Both the position numbers and the translations under genes were made by a program. A stretch of DNA of 45,526 nt, from NCBI RefSeq assembly GCF_004010195.1, contig NC_057726.1:70596532-70642057 (forward strand). Direction: 5' to 3'. The stretch comes from Chiloscyllium plagiosum. Lineage: Eukaryota. Below are positions 1 to 14,276 of the stretch, piece after piece. Under the pieces are notes generated by a model. It did no database searches and was not told where the DNA came from. It worked only from the letters and a program-made list of their open reading frames with translations. Position 1 is the stretch's first letter. The number at the start of each line of letters is the position of its first letter.

Positions 1-194
1 AATGCTTTCTAAACAGCCCAGCACACTCCCTGCTCCAATAGCCAGTAGTGCCATTTTCCCAGTGCGATATTTTGTTCTTAGCTTCTTACAACAAGCAGCC
101 ACATATTGATGAAAGGTGAAAGCTAACATGAGCCACGCAGAAGACTGTGGTGTCAATAATAAGCACTGCAACCAAATGACATGTGAAATAATAT

Positions 195-665
195 CCTGAC
201 AAGAATTGAATTGAATTTATTGTCACATGTACCAAGGCACAGTGAGCCATACAAGCAAATCACGTAGTTAAGTAGCATACGTAAGTAAACAATAGGTAAA
301 CAACGGCAAAAACCAAAAGACAGATACAGGCAAATGCTAAGAGTTTGGGAGTCCATTCATTATCCTAACAATAGTAGGGTATAAACTGCTTCTAAACCGG
401 CTGGTGCATGTATTCAGGCTTCTGTACCTTCTCCCCAATGGTAGAGGTTGTAGAAAAGCATTGCCAGAGTGGGATGGATCTTTGAGAATGCTGGTGGCCT
501 TTCCTTGACAGTGAGCCTGATAGATGGATTGTATAGATGGGAGGTTCGCCTTTGTGATTGTCCGGGCCAAGTTCACCACTGTCTGTAACCATCTCTGATC
601 TTGAATGGTATAGTTGCCATACCAGGTCATGATACTTCCAGACAGAATGCTCTCGATGGCATAAA
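195..665 (-). mobile_element. Rex1/Babar-like non-LTR retrotransposon 3' fragment
   Basis: ORF 337-681(-) ESILSGSIMTWYGN...LKDPSH...GRRYRSL...RFRSSLYP matches the characteristic C-terminus of this LINE group, followed by a 3' UTR. Confidence 0.75.
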
Positions 666-1319
666 GTAAATGATAAACCATCTCAACATTACGTCAGATC
701 TGCCACTGCCATGGCCACCAGGTAATGATTGACAGTTTGGGAGAGTACACAACTTCTGTCACATTTCTGTCCGAGATCTGCTGCAATGTCCCGGTGAAGC
801 CCAAATCAGGCTGGAAGAATATTGTTCATTTCCCTTTATAACCTTCTGGACTCAACATTGAGTTCAAAAACTTCAAAACATAGACCCTATTTTCTATTTT
901 GTTTACCTCCCACACAATCCTACCTCAATATTTTGTATTCTTTGTTTCCCTTCATTGATACCTCACAAGATTTATTTCTATTCTCTTACAACTATCACTT
1001 GCACCTTTGCCCTTGGTTCTGTGACAACTATGATCTCTACTTTCCCTCATTCTGCAACCTTCCTTGGCCTTCTTTCTATCTAACATTTTCCTTGTGTCAA
1101 CCCTATCACTCTTCCATTTCTTTCGTCAGATGTGAAGAAATTCAAAATGTAAACTCTGTTTTGCTACAAACCTGCTGAGAGTTACTCCAATACTTACTGT
1201 TTTTGGCAGATATTCCAGCATCTACAGTGTTTTGCTGTTGAGTTAAATCAGTCTCCATTAACTTTTCTGTGAAAGGAAATGCAAAAAAGAATTCCTTGGG
1301 AAGGGAGAGATGAACAGTC

Positions 1320-2640
1320 AGTCAGACATGAGAGACCATAGTGCAGACTGACCATCACAAAGAAATTTAGGGAATTGCAAACAGTGAAGAGGATTGCAGA
1401 AGATAAAGCAGGATGTAGATAGGGTAGAAACTGAAGTATAGAAATAGCAGATGGAATTTAAACTGGACGAATGTGAGATAATGCATTTTGGCATTTTTAA
1501 TGTAGAATGGAGGCTACAGTAAATGACAGAACACTTAGAAGCATTAACATACAGAGAGATTAAGATATACAGGTCCACACTTCCCTGAAAGTGACAACAG
1601 AAGTGGATGAAGTGGTCAAGATGGAATGTTGCATGCTTTCCTTCATCCATCAGGGCATAGAGTTTAAAATTAGTAAGAGATGTTGCCGCCGTATTTATTT
1701 AGACTGCATTTGAAGTATTACATACAGTTCTGGTCACCACACTGCCAAAAGGATTAGTCATAGAGTCATACAAAATGGAAGCAGACCCTTTAGTCCAACT
1801 CGGCCCATACCGACCAAGTTTCCTAAAGTAAACATGTCCCACTTGCCTGCATTGGGCCCATTACCGTCGAAAGCTTTCCTATTTATATACCTGCACAACC
1901 GTCTTTTAAACATGAAAACTGTACCTGCATCTACCACTTCCTCTGGCAATTCATTTCAATGCAAACCATATTCTTTGTGAAAAAGCTGTCTTTCAGCCAC
2001 CTTTTAAATCATTTTCCTCTCACCTGCAACTATGCCCTTTAGTTTTCAATTCCTTTCCCTTAGGGTTTTTTACCTCATCTATGCCCCTCATGATTTTTTT
2101 AAAAAGCTACTTAAGCTCCTACACTTCAGTGAAAAAAGTCATAGCCTGTCTTTGGACAGAGTTCAGAAAAGTTTTACCAAGATGTTGCCTGGCTTGGAGG
2201 GTATTAGCTATGTAGAGAGTTTCGACTAATTTGATGCATTTTCACTTGAACATCAGAGGCTGAAATATGACCTGACAGAAGTTTACAAACTTATGAAAGA
2301 TATTGATAGAATTGATAATTGGGGTATTTTACCCAATATCAAAATATCTATTACTCGGTGTCTTAGATTTCAGATAAAAGTTTGAAGGAGATGTGAGAGG
2401 CAAGGTCTTACACAGAGATTAGTAAGTGCCTGGAAGGGACTGCCAGAGGAAGTAGTGGAAGCAGATACAACAGCAATATTTAAGAGGCATCTGGATACAT
2501 ATCTGAATAATATGGAAACAGAAGGATACGGACAGCACAGAGGCACAAGTTCTTTAATTTAGAAAGGCATCATGTGCTAGCGCAGGCTTGGTGGGACAAA
2601 GTGAGTGTTAATCTGCTGTACACTTCATTGTTCTTGAGTA
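1320..2640. mobile_element. Decayed CR1/HER1 LINE 3' fragments: + copy 1320-1755 and 2150-2640, interrupted by a - copy ~1757-2150
   Basis: Degenerate QFWSP, RVQKSFTKMLPGLEGISY and MPEEVVDAGTV..FKRRL motifs with CR1 3' UTRs. Confidence 0.75.
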
Positions 2641-4189
2641 GCACACTTGCAAATATTCAGTCCAAGCAGAATGTCATCCAGATCTTCTGCATGTTAGCAC
2701 TAACTGCATTTCTGTACATATGATGGAGGGAATGATACCGATGACACCGCTGAGAATATTTGACATGGCAATCCAAGAAACCAGAGATGGAAATGTGTTG
2801 CTGGAAAAGCGCAGCAGGTCAGGCAGCATCTAGGGAACAACCCTCTTTAGCATTGCACAGGTGTAGAAGGCTGATACCTATATCAGAAGTAATTTATATG
2901 ATCATGTAACCTTGCATTACTGCAAGATTCTATCGCAGAAACCACTAAGCAACCAGCGTACACCACCAAAGTCCCCAGGTACTGATGCAGGTCCCTCAGG
3001 GCAACTCAGATATACGGAGAATGTCTATCTTGCTTCCCCTGCAGTTTCACACTTAGATTTTTGGCCACTGTCCCTCCTTCAAATAGGTGTGCACCAGTGT
3101 ATGGTGCATACATTGTGATTCACTAAGACCAAATGTGACAACAAACTTGTTAAAACTGTCAACAAATGAAAAGTAATCACAACTATTGAATTTTGCATTC
3201 AGTCTTTAAGTATTTGAAGAACATTATTCATCATCCAAAAACATACATATTGCAGAGGGGTAAATTTAGCAAGGCTCCATGTTACTGCAGAAACATTATA
3301 GGTACAATGTTGCAAACAATGCTGTCAGCAGTGTAGGATTTTGCAAAATTCGCCTTATAGTTCACAGAAAAATGTAAATAAGAATGAATGCTGGAGTTCC
3401 CTGACTCTCCAGTGATTCACAACTTCTCATATTTGTAAGTGCTGTTTAGTGCTAGCTTGAATTATCATGAAACAGTCATGTTTCAGTGTGTTTCTGTAGT
3501 TAAGGAGTGCCTCACTTGTTACTCATTGATAGCTTCGAAAAAGTTGACATGAGTTTAGAATGTTAACTTAACTTTAGTGTTAATTAAAGAAGTAGATCAT
3601 GTGTTGGATCAAGATCAGTTTGGTTCATTAATTCAAATTGTCAATGGTAAATAGTGCGTGTTTCCTCCAATGTGAAGTAAGTGTGAGTCAATGTCTTGTT
3701 ACAGTTTTACTTCAAATACATTGCTTTGGAAAATTATTAATACAACTTGTAACTGAGCAGACCGAAATGTAAAGCTAAAAATTCAATACTACACAACTCA
3801 AAAATTTCAGTTACTGGAATCACAATGCCAGTTACCCTGACCCTGATTAAAATGCTGGCGACAATACACAAGCCTCATGCTGCTTTTCACTATGTTATGA
3901 TCTTGTACCAGATGCTCAGATTTGTTATAGTCCAGATAGGGATTAATAACTTTTTTTATTAAATGTCAATGAAGTTTGTGAATTCCAAATCCTTAATAAT
4001 AGAATGAAACCACAGGATTTCAGTAGTTTGAGTAATCAAAAAATAAACTTTCTGATAACAAAACAAAGTTACAATCTCTAGCTTAGACTCAAACATTCAA
4101 AAGCAGCATAAGGTATATTAATTAGTAATTAACAGATCTGACTGAATTTTTCAAAGAAGTGATGTGGTGTATAGAATCATAGAACTCCC

Positions 4190-4346
4190 ACTTAGCCTGC
4201 TGGACCAACTTTCCTCATTCCTGAAGAAGGGCTAATGCCCGAAACGTCGATTCTCCTGTTCCCTAGATGCTGCCTGACCTGCTGCGCTTTTCCAGCAACA
4301 CATTTCCATCTCTGATCTCCAACATCTGCAGACCTGACTTTCTCCT
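4190..4346 (+). mobile_element. Solo Penelope-like terminal repeat (pLTR) with minimal hammerhead motif at 4216-4252
   Basis: Same sequence as the 3' ends of the GIY-YIG elements at 8285-8845 and 14227-15442; cattc-CTGAAGA-a-gggc-taat-gccc-GAAAC-GTC. Confidence 0.75.
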
Positions 4347-5639
4347 CAATCCAAGAAACCACTCTGGTAATCTGACTCTGTAAACACGAGATATTGTGAA
4401 ACAAATCATGTATTCTTTATCTGAAAATTTAAATATTGGGATGCAGCTTTAGGAAGCTATTTAAATCACTGTCTGTGCACCTCAGTTTAGGTCCTGCAAT
4501 AGTTGCAAATAATAATGCCAAGCATGTGTTGAAAAAACAGTTTGGAGTTTGATGGTTGTATAAAACCTGGGATAATGGGATTAAATTCATAATCCTCTCA
4601 CTGAAGGAAGATCCAATTGATTTATGGATCATCGTCCCTGCAGATAGAACAGTCAGTCTTATTTTGGAAATTAACTGATTTATGTTCACTTTATTCCATG
4701 AGTTTCAAGGCAGGTAAGTGCTAGGTAGGTATGGGAGTAAGTAGAGTGCAAGGTGTGTACAGAGCAGATTGGCAGGTGCCAGGGAGGGTACAAGATAGGT
4801 AGTGTGACACGTACATCACGTGCCTACAGCTAAAGTGGAGACCATCATCTGATAGCTGGGAAGCATTTTTCAAGATGTCAGGAAGAAGGTGTCAGCTGCT
4901 GATGGAGTGGTGAGATGGTGTTTTGTTCTGGAGCAAGGCTTATTGGGCCTGGTGGGAGGAGTTTGTTAAGTCTCAAGTACATGTGGGGGATACTGGGACT
5001 GGAGATGACAATGCAGGTCAGGTTCCGGGAAAGTATGGGAGATATTGGATAACGAAGCAGGGGAAGATGGGAGTCAGATCTCAGGGGCTATGGAAACCGT
5101 CTTGAGGTGTTAGGTATGCTGGATCCGAGAGGTAAAAGGTTAGTTGTAGACTCTCGGGTTTCTCTTCGTGTGTGCGTGTGTTAGGATGGAGAAGTGGTGG
5201 TAGGCTGTTGTAATTTGTGAACTCAGATGACGAGATTGCTCAGGAGTCAGATTACATATTGAATAGTCTAATGTTTCCTGAGTTACTATTTGCTTAACTG
5301 CAGCAGAGCCCCCTAAATTCTCCAAAGTAAACTAATACTTTTAGAGCGTTCCAGGCATATTGGAATTCCTGGAGGAATCTTCACTTTTAAGCCTGCTATC
5401 CTGGGAACTCTACAAGGTTGCAATCTACAACTCCTATCTACACTTCAGAAACAGATATCTGGCCAGCAGAATATCTTGGATAAAATATGGTATTTCAGGA
5501 TAATGGAATTAATTTGGAACAAATGAATATTGTTAAATTCATCTGTTTGATGTCCGAAACATTATATGATGTGCATCTATTTCTGAAGATTTACTTATTC
5601 TCTCTTTTTTGTAAGATTACTACAAAAGGTAACACAGCT

Positions 5640-7490
5640 GACATGGAGTGAGGATTCCAAATGCATACACGGCAGACTGAAGACAAATGGATCATAGTCA
5701 GGTTGGTAAGGCTGCAACAGGCCTGATGTGGAACATCTCGTCAAGAGGAAGAAGGAAGCTTACAAAGGGTGAGGAGACGAGGATCAGATAGGGCTTTAGA
5801 TATTTACAAGGTAGCCAGGAAGGAACTGAAGAATGGACTTAGGAGAGCTAGCAGGTGGCATGACAAAGCTTCAGCAGGTAGGATTAAGGAAAACTCTAAG
5901 GCATTCTACGCTTATGTGAGGAAAACAGGAGGATTGTTAGAGTGAGGTTAGGGCCATTAGGGATAGTGGAGGGAACTTGCACCTGAATCGGAGGAGGCAG
6001 GGAATGTCCTTCGTACTTTGCTTCAGTATTCACTGCTGAGAGGGACCTTGACATTTCTGAGGACAGTGTGAAACACACTGATATGCTAGAACAGGTTGAT
6101 GTTAGGAAGGAGGATATGCTGAATTTTTTTGTAAAACAGAAGGATAGAACCCTGGGCCAGACAGGATATACCCTAGACAGGAAGGGAGAGACAAATTGCT
6201 GTGCCTTTAGCAATGATCTTTGCATCCTCACTGTCCGCTGGAGTAGTGCTAGGTGATTGGAGGGTAGAAAATGTCATTCCCTTGTCCAAGAAAGGGAATA
6301 GGGATAATCCTGGAGATTACAGACCAGTCAGTCTTGTGTCTGTGGTGGGCAAAGTATTGGAGAGGATTCTGAGAGACAAGATTTATGATTACTTGAAAAA
6401 GCATAGTTTGATTAGAGATAGTCAGCTTGGCTTTGTGAGGGACAGTTAATGCCGTAAAAGCGTTATTGAAGTCTTTGAGGATGTGACAAAACATGTTGTG
6501 AAGGTAGAGCTGTGGATGTGGTGTACATGGATTTTAGCAAAGCATTTGATAAGGTTCTCCATGGTAGTCTCATTCAGAAAGTAAGGAGGTATGGGATACA
6601 GGGAAATCTGGCTATCTGTATACAGAATTGGCTGGCCCATAGAAGACAGAGGCTCATTGACCTGTGGTGTGCGCAGGGATTGGTGCTGGGAGGTCGGCTT
6701 TTTGTGATTTTTATTAATGACTTGGAAGAGGAAGTGGAAGTGTGAGTTAGTAAGCTTGCAAATGACACAAAGGTTGGAGGAGCCGTCTTTTGTGTGGAGG
6801 GTTGTTATAGGTCACAACAGGACACTGATAGGATGCTGAGCTGGGCTGATAAATGGCAGAGGGAGTTCAAGCTGGAAAAGTGTGAAGTGATTCACTTTGG
6901 AAGGTCAAATTTGAAAGCAGAATACAGGGTTAAAATCAGGATTCTTTGCAGTGTGGAGTTATAGAGGGATCTTGAGGTCCACGTCCACAGATCCTTCAAA
7001 GTTGTCAACCAAATTGACAGAGTTGGTAAGAAGGGGTATGGTATGTTGGCTTTCATGAACAGTGGGATTGTGTTTAAGAGCCACGAGGTTATGCTGCACC
7101 TCTATAGAGCCCTGGTTAGATCACACTTGGAATATTGTGTTCAGTTCTGGTCACCTCATTATAGGAAAGATGTAGAAGAATTAGAGAGGGTGCAGAGGAG
7201 ATTAACCAGGATGATGCCTGGAGTGGTGGGCATGTCTCATGAAAAAATGTTGAAGGAGCTAGGGCTTTTCTCATTGAAGCAAAAATGGATGAGAGGTGAC
7301 TTGATAGAGGTGTATAAGATATTGAGATGCATAGATAGAGTGGATAACTAAACTTTTTCCCATGGTGGAAATGTTTATCATAAGGGGGGATAATTTTAAG
7401 GTAATTGGAAGAAGGTTCAGGGGGGATGTCAGAGGTAGGTTCTTTATGCAGAGAGTGGTGGGTGCGTGGAATCTACTGCAAGCAAATGGT
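5640..7490 (+). mobile_element. CR1/HER1 LINE ORF2 (RT and C-terminus), degenerate
   Basis: GDYRPVSL, DVVYMDFSKAFDKV, VIFINDL, HLEYCVQFWSP, RGDLIEVYK, broken by frameshifts and stops. Confidence 0.9.
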
Positions 7491-7899
7491 AGACACTTGA
7501 AGCCCTTGAACCTTCTCTAGCATACATTCAGATTATTGTGGCCGTCACTGAACTATCTTGCCTGTGTAACACCATCCCACACCCTTGACTCTGTTGGCCA
7601 TCAAATATCTGCCTAATGTATTCAATGAATAAATTCTCAATGTATTATATGACCTAACTACAGTGGGCTGCTGGGGAAGAGAATGTTAAAAGCCAGGAAC
7701 CTGCTGAGAAAGTAACATTTTCCCAATGTACATCGTTGAGATTCCCTGAAACATAGGAAACCGTGGTGTGTTTTCACATGGATTTCTAAAATCATGAGGG
7801 GCACAACTAAGGTGAATAGCCAAGGTCCTTTCCCCAGGGTAGGAAAGTCCAAAACTGGAGGGCACAGGTTTAAGGTGTGAGGAAAAAGATTTAAAAGGG

Positions 7900-8265
7900 A
7901 TCGAACTTTATTAACCAGTCTACCTTGCAGAACCTTGTTGAAGGCCTTGCTAAATATGATGTTTACCACTCTGCCTACATCTATGTTCTTGGGTATATCT
8001 TCAAACAACTCCAACAAATTTGTGAGACACAGTTTTTCATGCACAAAGCAATACTGACCATAGCTGAATAGTCCTTACCGTTCCAAAAGCGTGTAGATCC
8101 TGTCTCTGAGAATCCCTCCAACAACCTACCCACTACTGACTGTAGGCTCACAGATCTGTAGTTCCCTGGCTTTTCGTTGTAGACTTTCTTAAATAATGGC
8201 ACAGTATTAGTCTTCCAACATCTCAACTGCGGCTGTTGAAGACACAAATACCTCTGCTGGGTGCC
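7900..8265 (-). mobile_element. CR1 ORF2 fragment
   Basis: PLFKK..KPGNYRSVSL, CLTNLLELFE and KAFNKV motifs on the - strand. Confidence 0.8.
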
Positions 8266-8284
8266 CCCCAATTTTTTTCCCGCG

Positions 8285-8845
8285 ATTCCTACAATGTCCT
8301 GGGTGGTACTTGTGGAACGTTTCAGAGAACACCTCTGGGACACCCGGACCAACCAACCCAACCACCCTGTGGCTCAACACTTCAACTCCCCCTCCCACTC
8401 CACCAAGGACATGCGGGTCCTTGGAATCCTCCATCGCCAGACCATAGTAACACGATGGTTGGAGGAAGAGCGCCTCATCTTCCGCCTAGGAACCCTCCAA
8501 CCACAAGGGATGAACTCAGATTTCTCCATTTTCCTCATTTCCCCTCCCCCCCACCTTGTCTCAGTCAAATCCCTGGAGCTCAGCACCGCCTTCCTAACCT
8601 GCAATCTTCTTCCTGACCTCTCCGCCCCCACCCCCACTCTGGCCTATCATCCTCACCTTGACCTCCTTCCACCTATCGCATTTCCAACGTCCCTCTCCCA
8701 AGTCCCTCCTCCCTACCTTTTATCTTAGCCTGCTGGACACACTTTCCTCATTTCTGAAGAAGGACTCATGGCCGAAATGTCGATTCTCCTGCTCCTTGGA
8801 TGCTGCCTGACCTGCTGTGCTTTTCCAGTAACACATTTTCACCAC
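8285..8845 (+). mobile_element. Penelope-like element, 5'-truncated (end of GIY-YIG domain plus pLTR)
   Basis: ERFREH..PVAQHFNSPSH..LEEERLIFRLGTLQPQGMN, followed by the pLTR. Confidence 0.9.
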
Positions 8846-8859
8846 TTAAAGATCAGCAA

Positions 8860-10095
8860 GGCTGCCTATGTATCTACCACAGGAGATGGGGGAGATAGTA
8901 AGTGAGTATTTTGCATCTGTATTTCGTGTGGAGAAGGATATGGAAGCTAAAGAACTTGGTGAAATAAAGAGCAATATCTTGAAAAATGTCCTAATTGCAG
9001 AAGAGGAGGTGTTGAACATCTTAAAATGCATAAAGATGGATATATGCCCAGGACCTGATCAGGTGTATCTAAGAAATTTGTTGGAAGCTAGTGAAGTGAT
9101 TGTTAAATATTTGTATCACGGATTGTCGCAGCTGAAGTTTCAGAAGACTGGAGGTTGGCTAAAGTGATGCCACCATTTTAGAAAGGTGGTAAGAAAAAGC
9201 CATAGAACTATAGACCCGTCAGCTTGCCATCAGTGGTAAGCAAATTGTTGGAGGGTATCCTGAGGGTCAGCATTGACATATATTTGGAAAAGCAAAGATT
9301 GATTGGGGACTATCAACTTGACTTTGTACGTGGGAAATCATGTCTTACTAATTTGATTGAGTTTTTTGAAGAGGTAATGAAGAAGATTGATGAGGCAGAG
9401 CATTGAACATAATTGATATGCATTTTACGAGGTTCTTTTAGGTAAACTGGTTAGCGAGGTAAGATCACATGGAACACAAGGAGAACTAGCCATTTCGATA
9501 CAGAACTGCCTCCAAGATAGGAGACGGAGAGTGGTGGTTGAGGATTTTTTTTAGACTGGAGACCTGTGACCAATGGTGTGTCACAAAGATAGGTGTTGGG
9601 TCCACTGCTTTTCATCATTTATATAAATAATTCAGATGTGAATACAGGAGGAATGGTTTGTATGTTAGCAAATGACACTGAAATTGGAGGTATTGTGGTC
9701 TGCAAAGAAGGTTACCTCACATTGCAACGTGGCCTTGATCAGATGGGCCAATGGGCTGAGGAGAGGCTGATGGAGTTTAATGCTGATAAATGTGAGGTGC
9801 TGCGTTTTGGAAAGGCAATCAGGGCAGAATTTATACACTTAACAGTAAGGTCTTCGTAAGTTGCTGACCAAAGAGTCCTTGGAGAGCATGTTCATAGTTA
9901 GTTGGAATTGGAGTTACAGGTGGATAAAACACAAATGTGTTTTATATGCTTGCCTATAATGATTATTGCATTGCATACAGGAATCTGTAGGTAATGTTGT
10001 TACTGTTCGGGACATTGGTTCTGCCACTTTTAGAATACTGTATTCAATTCTTGTCTCCCTGCAATAGGAAGGATGTCATGAAATTGGAAACAGTA
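8860..10095 (+). mobile_element. CR1 LINE ORF2 fragment, degenerate
   Basis: CPGPDQVY, KSCLTNLIEFFEEV, LGPLLFIIYIN, MEFNADKCEVL. Confidence 0.85.
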
Positions 10096-10149
10096 GAGAC
10101 TGATGACACTGCCAATCCGTGAGGCGGCCAGGTCTGTCAATCAAAAGTT

Positions 10150-13100
10150 GGCGCAGAGGCAGAGCGGAAGAGTCTGACATCGCACAGAGCCGTGGTAACT
10201 GGGGACTCCATAGTTAGAGGAACTGATTGGGGTTTTTGTGGCAGCAGACGGGACTTAAGGATGGCGTGTTGCCTTCCCGGTGCCAGGGGTAAGACATCAC
10301 AGACAGAGTGTAGGAAATCCTCAAGGACGAAGGTGAAGAACCAGAGGTGGTGGCACATGTCGGAACAAATGATGTCGGGAAGAAGAGGAGGAACATACTA
10401 TTGCGGGACTTCGGAGAACTAGGAACAAGGCTGAAAAACAGGACGTCCAAGGTGGTTATCTTCGGATTGCTTCCAGTTCCTCAGGTTGGTGAGGCCAGAA
10501 ACAGGGACATAATGGACTTGAATGTGTGGCTGGGGAACTAGTGCAGGAAGCAAGGATTTAAATTCTTGGATAACTGGGGTATGTTTTGTGGTAATAATAA
10601 ATTCTACAAGAGAGACGGTTTGCACCTTAATAGGTTATGGACCAGCATTGTGGCAGGCAGGTTTGCTACTGCAACACAGCTACATTTAAACTAAGTAGCG
10701 GGGGTGAAGGGACAAACTGGATGTTTAAGAAGGAAATTGAAGGGAATGATAGAACAAGGGAAGTCAAGAAAGACAATTGTATCAATGAGGCAGAAAACTC
10801 AGAAATGGATCATGCTATAAGGTTGAGTGAAATAGGAGTTGATGGAAAGGGTGAGGGCAGTAACAAATTTAAAATACTATACGTGAATGCACGAGACATT
10901 AGAAATAAGATGGATGAGCTTGAGGCTGTTTTGGAAATTGGCAGATACGATATTGTGGGGATAACTGAGACGTGGCTTCAAGTGGACAGGGCCTGGGAAA
11001 TGAATATTCAAGGCTACACGTGCTATCGTAAGGACAGACTGACGGGCAGACAGGGTGGGGTGGCCATGTTGGTAAGGGATGATATTCAGTCCCTTGCGCG
11101 GGGGTCCTAGAATCAGGGGATGTACGGTCAGTGTGGATAAAGCTGAGAAATACTAAGGGTAAAAAGACCCTCTTGGGAGTCATCTACAGGCCCCAAAAAC
11201 AGTAGTCTGAATGTAAGTTGAATCAGGAGCTGAAATTGACCTGTCGCAAAGATGTTGCTACAGTCGTTAAGGGGGATTTCAAAATTCAAGTAGACTGGGA
11301 GGATCAGGATGGTATTGGACCTCAAGAAAGAGACTTTGTGCAGTGCCTCAGAGATGGATTCTTAGAACAACTGGTGCTGGAGCTGACCAGGGAGAAGGCA
11401 ATTCTGGATCTGGTATTGTGCAACGAACCAGAATTGGTCAGAGACCTCGAAGTGAAGGAGCCATTGGGAAGTAGTGACCATAATACAATAAGCTTCAATC
11501 TGCAATTTGAGAGGGAGAGGATACAATCGGAAGTGACAATATTTCAGTTGAATAAAGGGAACTTTATTCAGTTGAATAAAGGGAACTGGAGCAATGAGGG
11601 AGGAGCTGGCCAAAGTTCAATGGTGCAATACCTTAGCAGGGATGACAGTGGAGGAACAATGGCAGATATTTCTGTGTATAATGCAGAAGTTGCAGGATCA
11701 GTTCATTCCTAAAAGGAAGAAAGATCCTAGGAGGAGGCATGGGTGGCCGTGGCTGACGAGGGAAGTTAAGAAACACACTCTCTTTACCCAGAGAGTGTTG
11801 GGGGCATGGAATGCACTGCCTGTGGGAGTGGCAGAGTCAGAATCATTGGCGAACTTTAAGTGGCAATTGGATAGGTACATGGATGGGTGCTTAAGATAGG
11901 ACAAATGTTCGGCACAACATCGTGGGCCGAAGGGCCTGTTCTGTGCTGTATTGTTCTATCTTCTATGTTCTATGTTCTAAAGTTAAAAGAGAAAAAGTAT
12001 GACATAGCAAAGATAAGTGGGAAAACGGAGGACTGGGAAGTGTTTAAAGAACAACAGAGGAGTACTAAGAAGGAAATACGCAGAGAAAAAAATGAGGTAC
12101 GAAGGTAAACTGGCCAATAATATAAAAGAGGATAGTAAAAGCTTTTTTAGGTATGTGAAAGGCAAAAGAAAAATGGTTAAGACTAAAACTGGGCCCTTGA
12201 AGACAGAAACAGGGGAATATATTATGGGGAACAAAGAAATGGCAGAAGAATTGATTATTTTCCAGAGTTCGATAGATTCGGGATCAGTTCCTGCGAATTG
12301 GAGGGTGGCTAATGTTGTACCACTTTTTAAGAAAGGTGGGAGAGAGAAAACAGGAAATTATAGACCAGTTTGTCTGATGTCAGTGGTGGGAAAGATGCTG
12401 GAGTCTATTATAAAGGATGAAATTACGACACATCTGGATAGTAGTAACAACATAGGTCAGAGTCAGCATGGATTTATGAAGGGGAAATCATGCTTACCTA
12501 ATTTTCTGGAATTTTTTGAGGATGTAATTCTGAAGATGGACAAGGGAGATCCAGTAGATGTAGTGTACCTGGACTTTCAGAAAGCTTTTGATAAAGTCCC
12601 ATATAGGAGGTTAGTGAGCAAAATTAGGGCGCATGGTATTGGGGGCAAAGTACTAACTTGGATTGAAAGTTGGTTGGCTGATAGGAAACAAAAAGTAGTG
12701 ATAAACGGCTCCATTTTGGAATGGCAGGCAGTGACCAGTGGGGTACCGCAGGGATCAGTACTGGGACCGCAGCTTTTTACAATAAATGTTAATGATATAG
12801 AAGATGGTATTAGCAATACCATTAGCAAATTTGCTTATGATACTAAGCTAGGTGGCAGAGTGAAATGTGATGAGTATGTTAGGAGATTACAGGGTGACCT
12901 GGATAAGTTAGGTGATTAGTCAAATGCATGGCAGATGCAGTTTAATGTGGATAAATGTATGGTTATCCACTTTGGTGGCAAGAACAGGAAGGCAGATTAC
13001 TACCTAAATGGAATCAATTTAGGTAAAGGGGCAGTACAGAGAGATCTTGGTGTTCTTGTACACCAGTCAATGAAGGTAAGCATGCAGGTACAGCAGGTAG

Positions 13101-13390
13101 TGAAGAAGGCGAATAGCATGCTGGCCTTCATAATAAGACGGATTGAGTATAAAAGCAAAGTCATTCTTCTGCAGCTGTACAGGGCCCTGGTGAGACCACA
13201 CCTGGAGTACTGTGTGCAGCTCTGGTCTCCAAATTTGAGGGAAGACATTCTGGCTATTGAAGGAGTGCAGCGAAGGTTCACGAGGTCAATTCCTGGAATG
13301 GCGGGATTACCTTACACTGAAAGACTGGAGTGACTGGGCTTGTATACCCTTGAGTTTCGAAGACTGAGAGGGGATCTGATTGAGATGCAT
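10150..13390 (+). mobile_element. Near-full CR1 LINE: ORF1 SGNH esterase remnant plus ORF2 APE endonuclease-RT, with an internal deletion
   Basis: ORF1: GDSIVRG, HVGTND, DGLHLN. Endonuclease: VNAR, ITETWL, ILDLVL, SDHN. RT: [16 protein letters not shown], catalytic FADD mutated to FAYD. Multiple stops. Confidence 0.92.
11780..11979 (+). mobile_element. Short 5'-truncated CR1 3' end nested inside the larger CR1
   Basis: FTQRVLGAWNALP..QLDRYMD plus 3' UTR ending in (TTCTATG)n; the host ORF2 resumes afterwards. Confidence 0.8.
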
Positions 13391-13959
13391 GATTGTTATT
13401 CATGGTAAATTAATCCAACATTCGCAGCCTCTCCAGGATTATTGAGATGATAACCATTCTATTAATGCTACACATTCCTGTGCAAAGGATCTTCATTCAT
13501 GAAAGAGCCAGAGCTGCAGCACAAACTCAGTGATAATAAATTCCGAGGTTAGCATTCTGAATGCAAATGGGTTGGCTGTTAGGAAAGCATCAAGTAGCTA
13601 GCATTCTAAGACAGCTTCAACACAGATGTTTGGATTGGAGGTGGTTGGAAGATGCGGCCAGTGAGGTCAGGAATTCACCTTGTTATTTTCCTGAGGTGCT
13701 TGTTCTCTGATAGAACATTCACCCTCTCTCTTGCACTGTCTGCATACCCCACCAACCCCAGTGGAAAAGGAGCTGGTGGGGAGGACCCTGGGTGAACATA
13801 AACAGTGCATCAAGAAAGGATGAGTTAAGGAGAGAATTCTATCATCGGGATGGACACCACCCATTTGTGGCTGCCTGAAAACATCACCTCCTAGATTACT
13901 TTTGAGCTTGACAGCAAAGTGGCCAGGGAATGAGGAGCAGGATCAGGAGTCATCCATCA

Positions 13960-14225
13960 AAATATAGAAAATAGGAGGAGAGATAGGCCATTCAGCCCCT
14001 CGAGCTTGCTCTACCATTCACTCTCTGATCATGGCTGATCAGTGAACTCAATTCCCTGTTCCCACCTTCTCCCTGTATCCATTGATCCCTTCAGTCCTGA
14101 TAACTATATCTAACAACTTCATGAAAATATCCAATGTTTTGACCTCAACTGCTTTCTGTGGAAGGGGATCACTGGCTCACCACTCTGGACGATGATGTTT
14201 CTCCTCATCTCTACCCTAACTGGCC
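13960..14225 (-). mobile_element. CR1 3' end fragment
   Basis: Reverse-orientation CR1 3' UTR (ggccattcagccc...atcatggctgatc). Confidence 0.65.
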
Positions 14226-14240
14226 TACTGGGAACAGGAG

Positions 14241-14276
14241 ATTCGACGTTTCGGGCACAGGCTCTTCTTCAGGAAT
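14241..14276 (-). ncRNA. Putative minimal type I hammerhead ribozyme in the Penelope pLTR
   Basis: - strand reads auuc-CUGAAGA-a-gagc-cugu-gccc-GAAAC-GUC-gaau: 4-bp stem I, stem II with one mismatch, palindromic ACGU in place of helix III. Confidence 0.65.

Noticed and set aside
5616-5628. Possible 13-nt micro-exon (ttttttgtaag|attactacaaaag|gtaaca)
   Set aside because: Its phase does not rescue either TM exon and there is no other support; likely chance
12017-12919. 300-aa RT ORF as a functional or domesticated gene
   Set aside because: It is a CR1 fragment with an internal deletion, catalytic FADD>FAYD and flanking stops
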